NCBI GenBank assembly: GCA_964619325.1
Contig: CAZUEL010000001.1
Location: 10,168-61,557, forward strand
Length of the DNA: 51,390 nucleotides
Source of the DNA: Candidatus Woesearchaeota archaeon
Lineage (GTDB): Archaea; Nanobdellota; Nanobdellia; UBA10117
Direction: 5' to 3'
Below the pieces are notes generated by a model, which saw only the letters and a program-made list of their open reading frames with translations, was not told the origin of the DNA and did no database searches. The stretch's first letter is position 1, and the number at the start of each line of letters is the position of its first letter. This document shows positions 1 through 9,054 of the stretch, piece after piece. Both the position numbers and the translations under genes were made by a program.

Positions 1-4
1 AGGA

Positions 5-382
5 TTGATAATAAAAGAAAAGAAAGGAATTTACCCAACATACAAAGCCAACAGAGAGGGCGAATTATTTAAAGAGTATAAGAAATCATACATCCTGCTT
101 GTGATTAAACAAACTGGATTGGCGGGCCATATTTATGATTTATGCCAGCCGGATGTGATTGTTTTATTCGGCTCCAGCTCAAAGGGCGAGGATATAGAGA
201 CAAGCGATATTGATCTATTCATACAAGCGCCAGAAAAAAAGATTAATCTCTCATCGTATGAGAAAAAGCTCAATCGAAAAATAAATTTATTTTTTGAAGA
301 AAACTTTTCGCGCCTGAGCAAAGAATTAAAAAATAATGTTATAAACGGAATAATATTAAAAGGCTATTTGAAGGTGTTTTAA
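5..382 (+). CDS. Minimal nucleotidyltransferase (MNT) domain protein, probably 5'-truncated by the window edge
   Basis: LFGSSSKGEDIETSDIDLFI matches the GS...DxD nucleotidyltransferase signature. The frame is open back to position 2. A HEPN-like ORF follows after 4 nt. Confidence 0.75.
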   Translation: MIIKEKKGIYPTYKANREGELFKEYKKSYILLVIKQTGLAGHIYDLCQPDVIVLFGSSSKGEDIETSDIDLFIQAPEKKINLSSYEKKLNRKINLFFEENFSRLSKELKNNVINGIILKGYLKVF

Positions 383-386
383 GAAA

Positions 387-785
387 ATGGATTTGATAAA
401 AATAACTCCGGATAAGGAACGGGCGAGGAATATTTTGAACATGATAGCTTTAATCGAAGAGAGAGTAAAATTGCAAAATGCCGAAAAAATGGCAGCCTTA
501 ATTATTTCAGATTATTACGAAATAATCAAGGAGCTAATCACGGCGATTCTTTTGGTTGATGGATACAAAACGCTTAGCCACAAAGATTTGATTGATTATG
601 TTAAAGAAAATTACAAAGAGTTTTCCCAACACGAAATTTCTGTTCTAGACAATTTAAGAATTTTAAGAAACAGGATTGCATATGAGGGATTTAACATAGA
701 AAAACCATACTTTAGCAGAAATGAATCTTTATTTAAGTCAATTATTATAAAATTAAGAAAAATTTTGGAGGAAAAGCAAAGTTAA
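387..785 (+). CDS. HEPN domain protein (partner of the MNT gene)
   Basis: 132-aa all-helical ORF tightly linked to the MNT gene. LRILRNRIAYEG resembles the HEPN R-x(4-6)-H/Y region. Confidence 0.7.
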   Translation: MDLIKITPDKERARNILNMIALIEERVKLQNAEKMAALIISDYYEIIKELITAILLVDGYKTLSHKDLIDYVKENYKEFSQHEISVLDNLRILRNRIAYEGFNIEKPYFSRNESLFKSIIIKLRKILEEKQS

Positions 786-1121
786 ATGCGCGCGCCCATA
801 AAAAATAACATCCGCCGCAACCAAGACCCAAAGCTCCAGCAGATTGCCAGAGAGAGAATTGACATTCTGTTTAGAGAGGCAAAGCTAAATCCAGAGTACG
901 CGAACCGTTATGTATTTCTTGCGCGGAAGATTGCGATGAAACTCAACGTGAAAATCCCGAAGGAGTACAAGATGCGCTACTGCCACAAGTGTTACAAATA
1001 TTTTTCCGGAAATAATTTTTCCGTCAGGACAAACGCAAAGACGAAAGCAGTTGAGTACAAGTGCCTTAATTGCAAACACGTTAATCGGTATGGATATGCA
1101 AGGGAGAAAAAAGTTAATTAA
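786..1121 (+). CDS. rnp4: RNase P protein component 4 (Rpp21/Rpr2 family)
   Basis: N-terminal helical RIDILF...ANRYVFLARKIAMK followed by a zinc ribbon CHKC...x(n)...CLNC, the typical Rpp21 architecture. The start abuts the HEPN stop. Confidence 0.85.
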   Translation: MRAPIKNNIRRNQDPKLQQIARERIDILFREAKLNPEYANRYVFLARKIAMKLNVKIPKEYKMRYCHKCYKYFSGNNFSVRTNAKTKAVEYKCLNCKHVNRYGYAREKKVN

Positions 1122-1543
1122 GTATTTGCAAGCTGTAAAATTTCTCTTGGCGAGAGTGATAATACTTCTTGCATGCGTTTTTCTAAAGAATCGTAGTGTG
1201 TGCCCAATACATCTTTTAAGTGCCTGCGGAATAAAATTTCAAACGAGACTGCGCCATACTCTGTGAGCATTGGCGAAGCAGGCTGCTCGCCACGGCTGCC
1301 ATCGCCACGCAATAATCGACGGCTGACCATGTTTTCAAAATCAATTTGTAGTTGTTCATCGTACGGTCCGAAAACTCGTCCGGCAAATTTATAGCCTGTC
1401 GTAAACCCACATTCAGCAAGATATTTTTCTATTATCGCAATCATATGGTGTTTATCCCAACTACCTAGGCTTTTTCCAATGGAATCTACAAAATTATAAA
1501 ACCAAAGCAAAAATTCCTCTTTATTGAGCGCTTGCATAAGCAT
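1118..1543 (-). CDS. Hypothetical protein (weak resemblance to Panacea/SocA-type antitoxin domain)
   Basis: 141-aa ORF convergent with rnp4. The FGPYDEQL segment resembles the GPxxxxL core of DUF4065. No stronger evidence. Confidence 0.4.
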   Translation of the reverse strand: MLMQALNKEEFLLWFYNFVDSIGKSLGSWDKHHMIAIIEKYLAECGFTTGYKFAGRVFGPYDEQLQIDFENMVSRRLLRGDGSRGEQPASPMLTEYGAVSFEILFRRHLKDVLGTHYDSLEKRMQEVLSLSPREILQLANT

Positions 1544-1743
1544 GTAAATAATTTAGACTTAATAAATCTTATTATGCTAGGGAGAAAGCTGCACGATAGT
1601 ATTTTTATTTAATTCCAAAAATTCCTTCTTCCACCTGTAATTTTCAAACAGCGAATCATCCCGCTTGCCAGTGAAACAAAGCCCACCGCACCTCTTCGGA
1701 CTTTCATTGAAATCTTTAATAATAGTAATTTTCATTTTGTTGT

Positions 1744-2751
1744 ATGAAAATAAAACACAAGTTATTAATCTTTGTCTTCACATTTGCAGTCGTGTTTGGC
1801 GTCTGGTTTTTATATCAAAACTTTTCCGGCATCACTGGCGCCGCAGTTGCAGAAAATAAAATTATTCCGTCGGAAGAGGGCGCGCCAGTCCAGGTTTACT
1901 TCTGCCCGCGGGATAACTGCGCCGAGAAATTAGTTGGGTTACTTGCCGGTGCGCAGTCGGTGGACTGCGCGATTTACGATTTAACGCTGCCGGATGTGAA
2001 AGCCGCCCTGAACAAAACAAATTATAGATTAGTCGTTGATCAAGCAAATGCAAAATACGTGAAAAATATGAATTACAAAACAAATTCCGGCGCAAGTGGA
2101 TTGATGCACAATAAGTTCTGTGTGTTTGGCAATCAAACTGTTCTGACTGGCTCATTCAACCCAACAAATAAACAAAACACAGTTGACAATAACAATATGA
2201 TTATAATTAGTTCAAAATATTTGGTAGAGAACTACAATGCAGAGTTTGAAGAGCTATGGGCTAGCCAGTTCGCTACCGGCAATCCAGTAAAATATCCGAA
2301 GATAATTTACAACGGCGAGATGATTGAGAATTATTTCTGCCCGGACGATGACTGCACCTCGCGCCTGATTGAAACTTTATCCGGGGCGCAGGCAGAAATA
2401 AAGTTTTTGGTTTACGCGTTTACGGAAAATAAAATTGGCGACTTGCTGCTAAGTAAAGTAAAAAAAAATATTTCTGTGCGCGGCGTGTTTGACAAGTCGC
2501 AGTCATACTCGCAGTACTCAGAATTTGCAAGGCTGAACGGGACCGCAGACGTGCGGGTTGAGAACTCCAAGGGCCTGCTGCACCACAAGGTTTTCATAAT
2601 TGACCAAAAGATTGTGGCGACCGGTTCTTTTAACCCAACCCTGTCAGCAAACACAAAGAACGATGAGAACCTGCTGATAATCCACAGCCCAGCGGTTGCA
2701 GAAAAGTATTTAGAGGAATTTGAGTTTGTGTGGAAGAATGAAACTGCTTAA
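1744..2751 (+). CDS. Phospholipase D-like (HKD superfamily) protein with N-terminal membrane anchor
   Basis: Two HKD motifs, HNKFCVFGNQTVLTGSFNPT and HHKVFIIDQKIVATGSFNPT. N-terminal hydrophobic helix LLIFVFTFAVVFGVWFL. Confidence 0.85.
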   Translation: MKIKHKLLIFVFTFAVVFGVWFLYQNFSGITGAAVAENKIIPSEEGAPVQVYFCPRDNCAEKLVGLLAGAQSVDCAIYDLTLPDVKAALNKTNYRLVVDQANAKYVKNMNYKTNSGASGLMHNKFCVFGNQTVLTGSFNPTNKQNTVDNNNMIIISSKYLVENYNAEFEELWASQFATGNPVKYPKIIYNGEMIENYFCPDDDCTSRLIETLSGAQAEIKFLVYAFTENKIGDLLLSKVKKNISVRGVFDKSQSYSQYSEFARLNGTADVRVENSKGLLHHKVFIIDQKIVATGSFNPTLSANTKNDENLLIIHSPAVAEKYLEEFEFVWKNETA

Positions 2752-2950
2752 TGTAAAAGTAAAGCCAAATGCTCGTGAGACGAAAGTTATTTCTCAGTCT
2801 AGCAATGAGTTAGTTATTGCAGTCCACGCGCCGCCCGAAGATAATAAGGCAAACATCGAGCTGATTAAATTTCTTTCAAGGAAGTTTGGGGCGGAGGTGA
2901 GGATTGTGAGGGGGCTGAAGGGCAGGAATAAGGTTGTTGAAATACAATAA
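2738..2950 (+). CDS. DUF167 (YggU-like) protein
   Basis: MKLLNVKVKPNARETKV...PEDNKANIELIKFLSRKFG...IVRGLKGRNKVVEI matches the YggU/DUF167 pattern. I chose the internal ATG at 2738 (track start is 2720), which overlaps the PLD stop. Confidence 0.8.
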   Translation: MKLLNVKVKPNARETKVISQSSNELVIAVHAPPEDNKANIELIKFLSRKFGAEVRIVRGLKGRNKVVEIQ

Positions 2951-2961
2951 ATAATTGCGCA

Positions 2962-3291
2962 TTATAATTCTTGATAAGAGCATCCGTCTTTATCATATTT
3001 AATATTTTTAATTAATGTTCTATTTAACACATCATCCATTACCCAATATCTGTGCCTATCTAAATAAAAATATTTATTTTTGTATTTAGTAGTTCCAAGC
3101 TTAAAAAATTCTTCGTTTCCTTCTTTAGCAATGGCTTTGCTGAGCGCCGCATAAAGTTTTTTATTCCATTGTTTAATAAAATATTCATGTGGTGCAATTC
3201 TCTCATACGTTTTTGCGATCTGCCAATATTGTTTTTCAATTTCTTTTTTCAAATATACAAGTTCTTTGGCAGATAAGCTTGCTCGCGCCAT
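2962..3291 (-). CDS. Hypothetical protein, operonic with the upstream nuclease-like gene
   Basis: The internal ATG at 3291 gives a 109-aa product (MARASLSAKEL...). This start lies 1 nt after the stop of ORF 3293..4390. The longer track version (to 3447) would overlap that gene. Confidence 0.55.
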   Translation of the reverse strand: MARASLSAKELVYLKKEIEKQYWQIAKTYERIAPHEYFIKQWNKKLYAALSKAIAKEGNEEFFKLGTTKYKNKYFYLDRHRYWVMDDVLNRTLIKNIKYDKDGCSYQEL

Positions 3292-3292
3292 T

Positions 3293-4390
3293 TTATTTTG
3301 ATTCGGTTTGTAATTGTTTTTTAATCCACAGTAGAACAGCAAAAAATTTATCTTTTGCCCTGCTATCTGCGAGCGCGCCGAGCGGTAATACGAGCGAATT
3401 GTAATTATTAATATTTTTAATATCTGAGTCGACCTTGGCGCCAGCAATAGATTTTAATTGTTTTAATATTTCAATTCGTTTTTCGGGCATATCAAACGGA
3501 GCCGGTGCTGTGCTTTTTCTATGGTTAGTTACGTGATGGGGCGCATTCCAAGTAATTTCTGCATCGCCAGTTATTGAAAATGGGCAAAACCATGTTTTTT
3601 TATTGGCATAAAACACAGGAATGAAACCACCGCGCTGGCTTGTGCTCCAGCTAATCTCAATACTATTTTTTTCAGCCCAATCAATTATCTGCTGTGCGGC
3701 AGTTACTTCTTTATTGCCGAACTTTTCTTCTAAGTGCTGTTTAAATGATTCCCAGTCCCAGTGCTTTCCAGCACTAGGTGATTTTATATCTTTTTTAACT
3801 TCATCACCATATAATTTCGGAATTATGATTTCATAAGAATCATATTTATAATATTCCAATTGAACTGCATAAATGCTAAACTTACTTTTTTGATTGATAT
3901 AAACAATTAAATCTTTTAGTGCATCATCTATTTTATCCATTATTATTACTAATTTTATATTACCTTGTTCAAAATTTGTTCTTATTTTATCGATAATTAT
4001 TTTGATTTGTTCTTCATCGATTTTGAAAAAATCTTTTACTTTTTCTTCATTAATTTTTATTTTAAGGTCATCAAAATCGCCGTGGCGCCATAGTGATGCA
4101 CCATAATCTAAGGTCTGAGCAACAGCCTCTCTCCGATCAGAGTTTTTATATAATTTAGTTTCGACAACGTAAATATCCCCATCATTGTCAATGGCTAAAG
4201 CGTCGATTGGGCCAGATTCTGTTGAAAATTCTCTTGCTACTACGAAAAGCCTCTTATCTTCATCTATTTCGTAGATTGGAATTGACTCCGGATTATCATG
4301 GATGTATTTTTGCATATAACTTTCTTTCTCAAAACCCAATTTTTTAATCACTTGCGTTCCTTTTCCATTTTTAGTTATTATTATTGCCAT
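3293..4390 (-). CDS. PD-(D/E)xK nuclease-like protein (NucS/DUF91-type core) with extra C-terminal domain
   Basis: GPIDALAIDNDGDIYVVETKL matches the D...(D/E)xK strand pattern of NucS/DUF91-type endonuclease folds. 365-aa ORF. Confidence 0.5.
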   Translation of the reverse strand: MAIIITKNGKGTQVIKKLGFEKESYMQKYIHDNPESIPIYEIDEDKRLFVVAREFSTESGPIDALAIDNDGDIYVVETKLYKNSDRREAVAQTLDYGASLWRHGDFDDLKIKINEEKVKDFFKIDEEQIKIIIDKIRTNFEQGNIKLVIIMDKIDDALKDLIVYINQKSKFSIYAVQLEYYKYDSYEIIIPKLYGDEVKKDIKSPSAGKHWDWESFKQHLEEKFGNKEVTAAQQIIDWAEKNSIEISWSTSQRGGFIPVFYANKKTWFCPFSITGDAEITWNAPHHVTNHRKSTAPAPFDMPEKRIEILKQLKSIAGAKVDSDIKNINNYNSLVLPLGALADSRAKDKFFAVLLWIKKQLQTESK

Positions 4391-4407
4391 TTTATCTTCT
4401 TTAATAC

Positions 4408-6333
4408 CTAAACTTTCTTCTCAATCTCGTCCTTAACTTGATTTACAAAAGCATCAAGCTTAATTCCGAATTGCACCCTTGCAGTCCCCCGCTTCCTGAC
4501 AGCAACCGTTCCTCTCTCCTCTTCCTTATCACCAATAACTAAAATGTACGGCACTTTTTCCAGCTCGGCTGCGCGGACTTTATATTCAACGGTGTTGTTT
4601 GAATAATCTGCTTCCACACGCACGCTGGCATTAAATAATTCCTTCTCAACCTTCTGGCAGGCCGGAATATTTCTGTCAGTAAATGATAGGACCTTCGCTT
4701 GCACGGGAGCAAGCCACAGGGGGAAAGCGCCGGCATAGTTCTCGATCAAAATACCAATAAATCTTTCAAGTGAGCCATATATTACTCTGTGAACTACCAC
4801 CGGAGTCCGCTCTTTATTTTCTTTGTCAACATATTTTAGGTTAAACCGCTTTGGCTGCTGGAAATCAAGCTGCGCCGTGCCCATCTGCCACTCGCGGCCA
4901 ATCGCATCGGTCATCAATATATCTATCTTTGGCCCATAGAATGCGCCATCGCCTTCGGCTATCGAGTAATTGCCCTTGCCAGCACGCTTTTCCAGTATTC
5001 TTTTTAGCGCTGCCTCTGCGTCATTCCAAGTCTTAACATCACCCATAAACTTCTCAGGTCTCGTGCCTAACCTGAGTTTGTATTTCATGCCAAAAATTCC
5101 GTAAAATAATTCGGCAATTTCAAAAATATTATCATATTCCTGCTCTATCTGGTCTTCAGAAATAAAATTGTGTGAGTCGTCCTGCCTAAATTCGCGAACT
5201 CTTAGTAATCCATTCAACGCACCAGAGGCCTCATACCTATGCAAGATATCCGTATCCGAAAATCTTAACGGCAGCTCCCTGTAACTCCTTGCCTTGCTGC
5301 CAAAAACTATCATCGCGTTTGGGCAGTTCATCGCTTTTACGCCGTAAATTTCATTCTTGCCCAAATCCGCAATAAACATATCGTTGCGATAATGCTCCCA
5401 GTGGCCCGATTTTTCCCAGAGCTCTTTTTTATTTATCAGCGGCGTTGATATCTCCTTATAGCCGCGCTTAGCGTGCTCCTGCCTCCAGAAATTTATCAGC
5501 TCGTTGAGAATTACCATTCCCTTTGGCAACCAATACGGCATGCCTGGCGCGGTCTCGTGGAACATGAACAGCTCATGCCTCGGCCCAAGTATTCTGTGAT
5601 TGCGCTTCTCTGCTTCCTCACGAAGTTTCAAAAAGTTATCCAGCTCTTTCTGGCTCGGGAAAGAAATTCCGTAAATCCTTTGCAGCTGGCCCTTGTTTGA
5701 ATCGCCGCGCCAGTACGCGCCTGCGATTGATAAAAGTTTTACAACTCCAATTTGCCCAGTGTTCTGAACTACCGGATTATTGCACAAATCATAAAAATTT
5801 CCGTGCTTGTGGAAACTGACTTTATCTTCCTTAACATCATTCTTCAAAATGTCTAATTTAAATTGTTCCTTCGCTAATAATTTTTCTGCCTCCTTGCGCG
5901 AGAGGAAGACGTGCTCATACTTTGAATCGTCTTTGATTATTTTTTTCATCACGTCTTCAATTTTTTTCAAATCGGCTTCGGCAAATGGCTCTTTCTTGTC
6001 AAAGTCGTAGTAGAAACCATCATCTATAGCAGGCCCGATTCCTAACTTGGTGTCAGGCCACAATCTTTTGACAGCATCCGCAAGAATGTGCGAGCTGGAG
6101 TGCCAGTAGGCCAGCTTTCCTTCCGCGTCCGCGAACTTCAAAATCTTGATTGTTGCATCTTCGTTGATTGGGTCTGGCAGGTCTTGGAGCTTATCGTTGA
6201 CTTTTATTGCTAACGCCTCCTTCAAAAGCTTCTGGGAGATTTGTTTTGCTATCTCAAGGCCGGTGATGCCTTTTGGATATTCTTTACTAGTGCCATCGGG
6301 GAAAGTGAGTTTTATTTTAGCTGCCTTAGCCAT
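4408..6333 (-). CDS. thrS: Threonyl-tRNA synthetase
   Basis: 641 aa. N-terminal TGS-like segment, editing-domain HSSSHILA motif, class II core (FRQDDSH, GAFYGPKID) and C-terminal anticodon-binding domain. TATA TTTTAAATA lies about 26 nt upstream of the ATG. Confidence 0.95.
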   Translation of the reverse strand: MAKAAKIKLTFPDGTSKEYPKGITGLEIAKQISQKLLKEALAIKVNDKLQDLPDPINEDATIKILKFADAEGKLAYWHSSSHILADAVKRLWPDTKLGIGPAIDDGFYYDFDKKEPFAEADLKKIEDVMKKIIKDDSKYEHVFLSRKEAEKLLAKEQFKLDILKNDVKEDKVSFHKHGNFYDLCNNPVVQNTGQIGVVKLLSIAGAYWRGDSNKGQLQRIYGISFPSQKELDNFLKLREEAEKRNHRILGPRHELFMFHETAPGMPYWLPKGMVILNELINFWRQEHAKRGYKEISTPLINKKELWEKSGHWEHYRNDMFIADLGKNEIYGVKAMNCPNAMIVFGSKARSYRELPLRFSDTDILHRYEASGALNGLLRVREFRQDDSHNFISEDQIEQEYDNIFEIAELFYGIFGMKYKLRLGTRPEKFMGDVKTWNDAEAALKRILEKRAGKGNYSIAEGDGAFYGPKIDILMTDAIGREWQMGTAQLDFQQPKRFNLKYVDKENKERTPVVVHRVIYGSLERFIGILIENYAGAFPLWLAPVQAKVLSFTDRNIPACQKVEKELFNASVRVEADYSNNTVEYKVRAAELEKVPYILVIGDKEEERGTVAVRKRGTARVQFGIKLDAFVNQVKDEIEKKV

Positions 6334-6430
6334 AATAGTAGTTGGCGCTATGTGTTTTAAATAGTTTGGGTGTGGTAGATGGGTGACGTGGGCGGACAGA
6401 AACTTATTTAAGGTTAACTAATCCTGATTT

Positions 6431-6793
6431 TTGATGGGCGAACAAGACTTAACTCATTATTTTAACTGCAGAAGTAGGGAGCTGAGCATTGCCACAACTG
6501 GTGCGGGCGCAACTGCACAAATGTTATCAGGGTTTGGCACTCTCAAACTAGCACTATATTGCCAACATTATGGAGGGGGCTTGATACTAGATTTAACCCC
6601 AAAACAGCTAAAAGCAGCAACAGGTTTAGACAGTTTGGCGCAGCCAACCGGCCAACGCGGCAGTTTGGAAGATTGGGCTAATGAAGTTGCTCGCAAAATT
6701 CCAGCAGCGCAACAAGTATTAAGCTGGGTAAAAGTAAATTCTGCCCAAATTAAAACACATTCTGCAGGTAGGCCTGCCATTGATTGGGATTAG
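6431..6793 (+). CDS. Hypothetical protein
   Basis: 120-aa ORF with no recognisable motif. The antisense ORF is less plausible. Confidence 0.4.
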   Translation: MMGEQDLTHYFNCRSRELSIATTGAGATAQMLSGFGTLKLALYCQHYGGGLILDLTPKQLKAATGLDSLAQPTGQRGSLEDWANEVARKIPAAQQVLSWVKVNSAQIKTHSAGRPAIDWD

Positions 6794-7011
6794 TTTTGTT
6801 TAGCCAATAAATTATTTGATTCTATATTTCTTCGTAAGCTTTATTAATACACTTGTCTAATAAATAGGCAACTGAAGCCGAAAATACAAATCGGATTTAG
6901 TACAAAAGCTAGAATGGTAAAAACCGCCATATTGCACTCAATAGAAAGGTTTAAATAAGACATTTGTCTAACATATTAGAACAGCGTTCCGAATTTGAAG
7001 CGTTGTTATGT

Positions 7012-7080
7012 TCGCAAAGCACGGTGCTTTGCGACGCAAGCTGAGCACAGCTCAGCTGCGCCTCGCCCGCGGAGGCGGGC
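7012..7080 (+). promoter_or_regulatory. Three consecutive hairpins/palindromes in the leader of the wHTH gene
   Basis: 7012-7034 TCGCAAAGCAC-G-GTGCTTTGCGA. 7036-7059 GCAAGCTGAGC-ACA-GCTCAGCTGC (one bulged A). 7065-7080 GCCCGC-GGAG-GCGGGC. The cluster ends 6 nt before the ATG at 7087. TATA-like TTTAAATA at about 6950-6957. Confidence 0.6.
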
Positions 7081-7086
7081 TCTGGT

Positions 7087-7377
7087 ATGGCAGGCCGTCC
7101 ACCAAAAGCAAACCAAAAGATTCTGAAGAAGCTCATGGAAGCGCTAGCCAGCAACCCGGAAGGCCTGTGGGTGCGTGAGCTAGCCCGCATCACAAAACTG
7201 GACAAGTCCACCGTCTCGCTCTACCTGAGGAAGTGGCTCTGGGAGGATTTGGAAATCTTCCACGGCAGTCCAAAACCGTTCAAGCTAGTCAGGCTGAAAG
7301 CGTATAAGCATGACGAGTCTGGACACGGAATGAAAGCAGTTACTAGTGAAGAAGCGGTGGCGAGCTACATCGGCTAG
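7087..7377 (+). CDS. Winged-helix (HTH) DNA-binding protein
   Basis: ILKKLMEALASNPEGLWVRELARITKLDKSTVSLYLRKW is a typical wHTH (ArsR/MarR-like) recognition segment. 96 aa. Confidence 0.65.
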   Translation: MAGRPPKANQKILKKLMEALASNPEGLWVRELARITKLDKSTVSLYLRKWLWEDLEIFHGSPKPFKLVRLKAYKHDESGHGMKAVTSEEAVASYIG

Positions 7378-7413
7378 CAAACAATTTTTAAACCTATTTA
7401 CTGCAGCAAATCG

Positions 7414-8034
7414 ATGTCAGATGTCAATGTGAGTGTGATAATCCCATTTTACAACGCAGCACCTACGTTAGAGCGAGCCATAAATTCCGCATTTGCACAG
7501 AGGTTTCGGGGTACATTTGAAATTATTTTAGTGGATGATCACTCTACAGATGGATCTCGCGGATTTGCAAAAGGACTTTTGGAAAAACAGCCCGAAAAAG
7601 TAAAGCGGTTTCGCCATCAAGTGAACCGCGGCCTAGCTGCAGCCAAAAACACAGGTATGCACTCTGCAAGAGGCCTGCGGATAATGTTTCTCGATGCAGA
7701 TGATGAAATCGCGCCAAACCTAATAGCAACACTCTACGCCGCGCTGCAGCAAAATCCAGGCGTTTCATATGTCTGGCCGACCTACCACATATTAACTGAA
7801 CATGGCGATACTATCCGACAGCAATCAGAAAGAAATGGTTCTGGTGTCCTCTTCCGGAGGGCTGAATTATTTGAAGTCGGCTTTTTCAACGAAGATCTCA
7901 CTATTGGCGAAGAGGCGGATATGTACAAGCGTATGGATGCCGCTGGCCTCAAAGGCATACACGTGCCTGCTGCAACATATTATTACTACCAAACCCCAAA
8001 CTCACTTACCCGCTCAAATGGCCGGCCTAAGTAA
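7414..8034 (+). CDS. Glycosyltransferase family 2
   Basis: VSVIIPFYNAAPTLERAINS...EIILVDDHSTDGS...FLDADDE are GT-A/GT2 signatures. Confidence 0.9.
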   Translation: MSDVNVSVIIPFYNAAPTLERAINSAFAQRFRGTFEIILVDDHSTDGSRGFAKGLLEKQPEKVKRFRHQVNRGLAAAKNTGMHSARGLRIMFLDADDEIAPNLIATLYAALQQNPGVSYVWPTYHILTEHGDTIRQQSERNGSGVLFRRAELFEVGFFNEDLTIGEEADMYKRMDAAGLKGIHVPAATYYYYQTPNSLTRSNGRPK

Positions 8035-8065
8035 ACCTTATAAATTCTTTTAGATTTCACTTTAC

Positions 8066-9031
8066 ATGCCAACAGTCCCAAATGTGTGGTGGTTGAAAAT
8101 CAGGATGTTCCTGCTAGTTGTAGTGCTGTTTGGCATAATTTATGGACTTGTTTCTGCAGTTAGTTTTTATCTCGGCATTTCAAACTTTATTTTCTACGGC
8201 GTGCTCGCCATTGGAATGATGCTGCTGCAATACTTGATCGGCCCAAAAATTGTTGAGTGGTCAATGGGTGTGAAATATGTTTCTGAAAAAGAGGAGCCTG
8301 AACTGCATGCAATGGTTGAAAGGCTCGCGAAGAAGTCAGGTATTCCAAAACCGCGCGTTGGAATTTCAAGCCTGCAACTCCCAAACGCATTTGCATTTGG
8401 CCGCTGGGCCTCAGACGGGCGAATCTGTTTCACCCAGGGAATTTTGGATTTACTAAGTAAAAAAGAATTGGAAGCGGTTGCTGGACATGAATTGTCACAC
8501 CTCAAGCATCGCGATGTCGCAGTCATAACTTTGATCTCTGTCATTCCGATGATTGCATGGTACGTCGCATGGAATTTGATGTGGTCGCGCAGCGATAACA
8601 GGAGCAACGCCGCGGCCATTGGTATTTTTGCGTTTATACTTTATTTTGTAACTAATCTTTTGGTTTTGTATGCCTCCCGCATTCGCGAGTACTATGCAGA
8701 TGCCGGCTCGGTCGCGCTGGGGAATGAGCCGCACTCCCTCGCATCTGCTCTGTTCAAATTGGTTTACGGCGCGGCAAAATCCTCGCCACAGCAACTGAAA
8801 CGCGTGGAAGGCATGAAAGCCTTTTTCGCAAATGACATCTCGCGGGCGCACCACGATATTCAGGAGCTGGCCGCGCTGGATTTGGACAAGAGCGGGCATA
8901 TCGACGCTGAAGAGCTGGTACGCCTCAGTGAAAGGCACATCAAGCTGTCCGGTCTTGACAGGATGATGGAGCTGATGAGCACACACCCGAACATGCTGAA
9001 GAGGATTAAAGTTCTGAGTGGGATGAAGTAA
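8066..9031 (+). CDS. htpX: HtpX-like M48 zinc metalloprotease
   Basis: HELSHLKHRD (HExxH), four hydrophobic helices, NAFAFG segment and C-terminal THPNMLKRI. Confidence 0.85.
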   Translation: MPTVPNVWWLKIRMFLLVVVLFGIIYGLVSAVSFYLGISNFIFYGVLAIGMMLLQYLIGPKIVEWSMGVKYVSEKEEPELHAMVERLAKKSGIPKPRVGISSLQLPNAFAFGRWASDGRICFTQGILDLLSKKELEAVAGHELSHLKHRDVAVITLISVIPMIAWYVAWNLMWSRSDNRSNAAAIGIFAFILYFVTNLLVLYASRIREYYADAGSVALGNEPHSLASALFKLVYGAAKSSPQQLKRVEGMKAFFANDISRAHHDIQELAALDLDKSGHIDAEELVRLSERHIKLSGLDRMMELMSTHPNMLKRIKVLSGMK

Positions 9032-9054
9032 TAAAATAATCTTATGGTTGCGTA

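Noticed and set aside
7012-7080. Considered whether the three adjacent hairpins (69 nt) are a tRNA or tRNA-like gene
   Set aside because: The stems are 11, 10 and 6 bp with 1-4 nt loops. There is no acceptor stem, no T-loop (GTTCRA) and no D-loop features. This is not a cloverleaf.
6951-7211. 86-aa minus-strand ORF covering the hairpin cluster and the wHTH gene start
   Set aside because: It overlaps a plausible wHTH gene and consists largely of the reverse complement of palindromes, so it is most likely an artefact.
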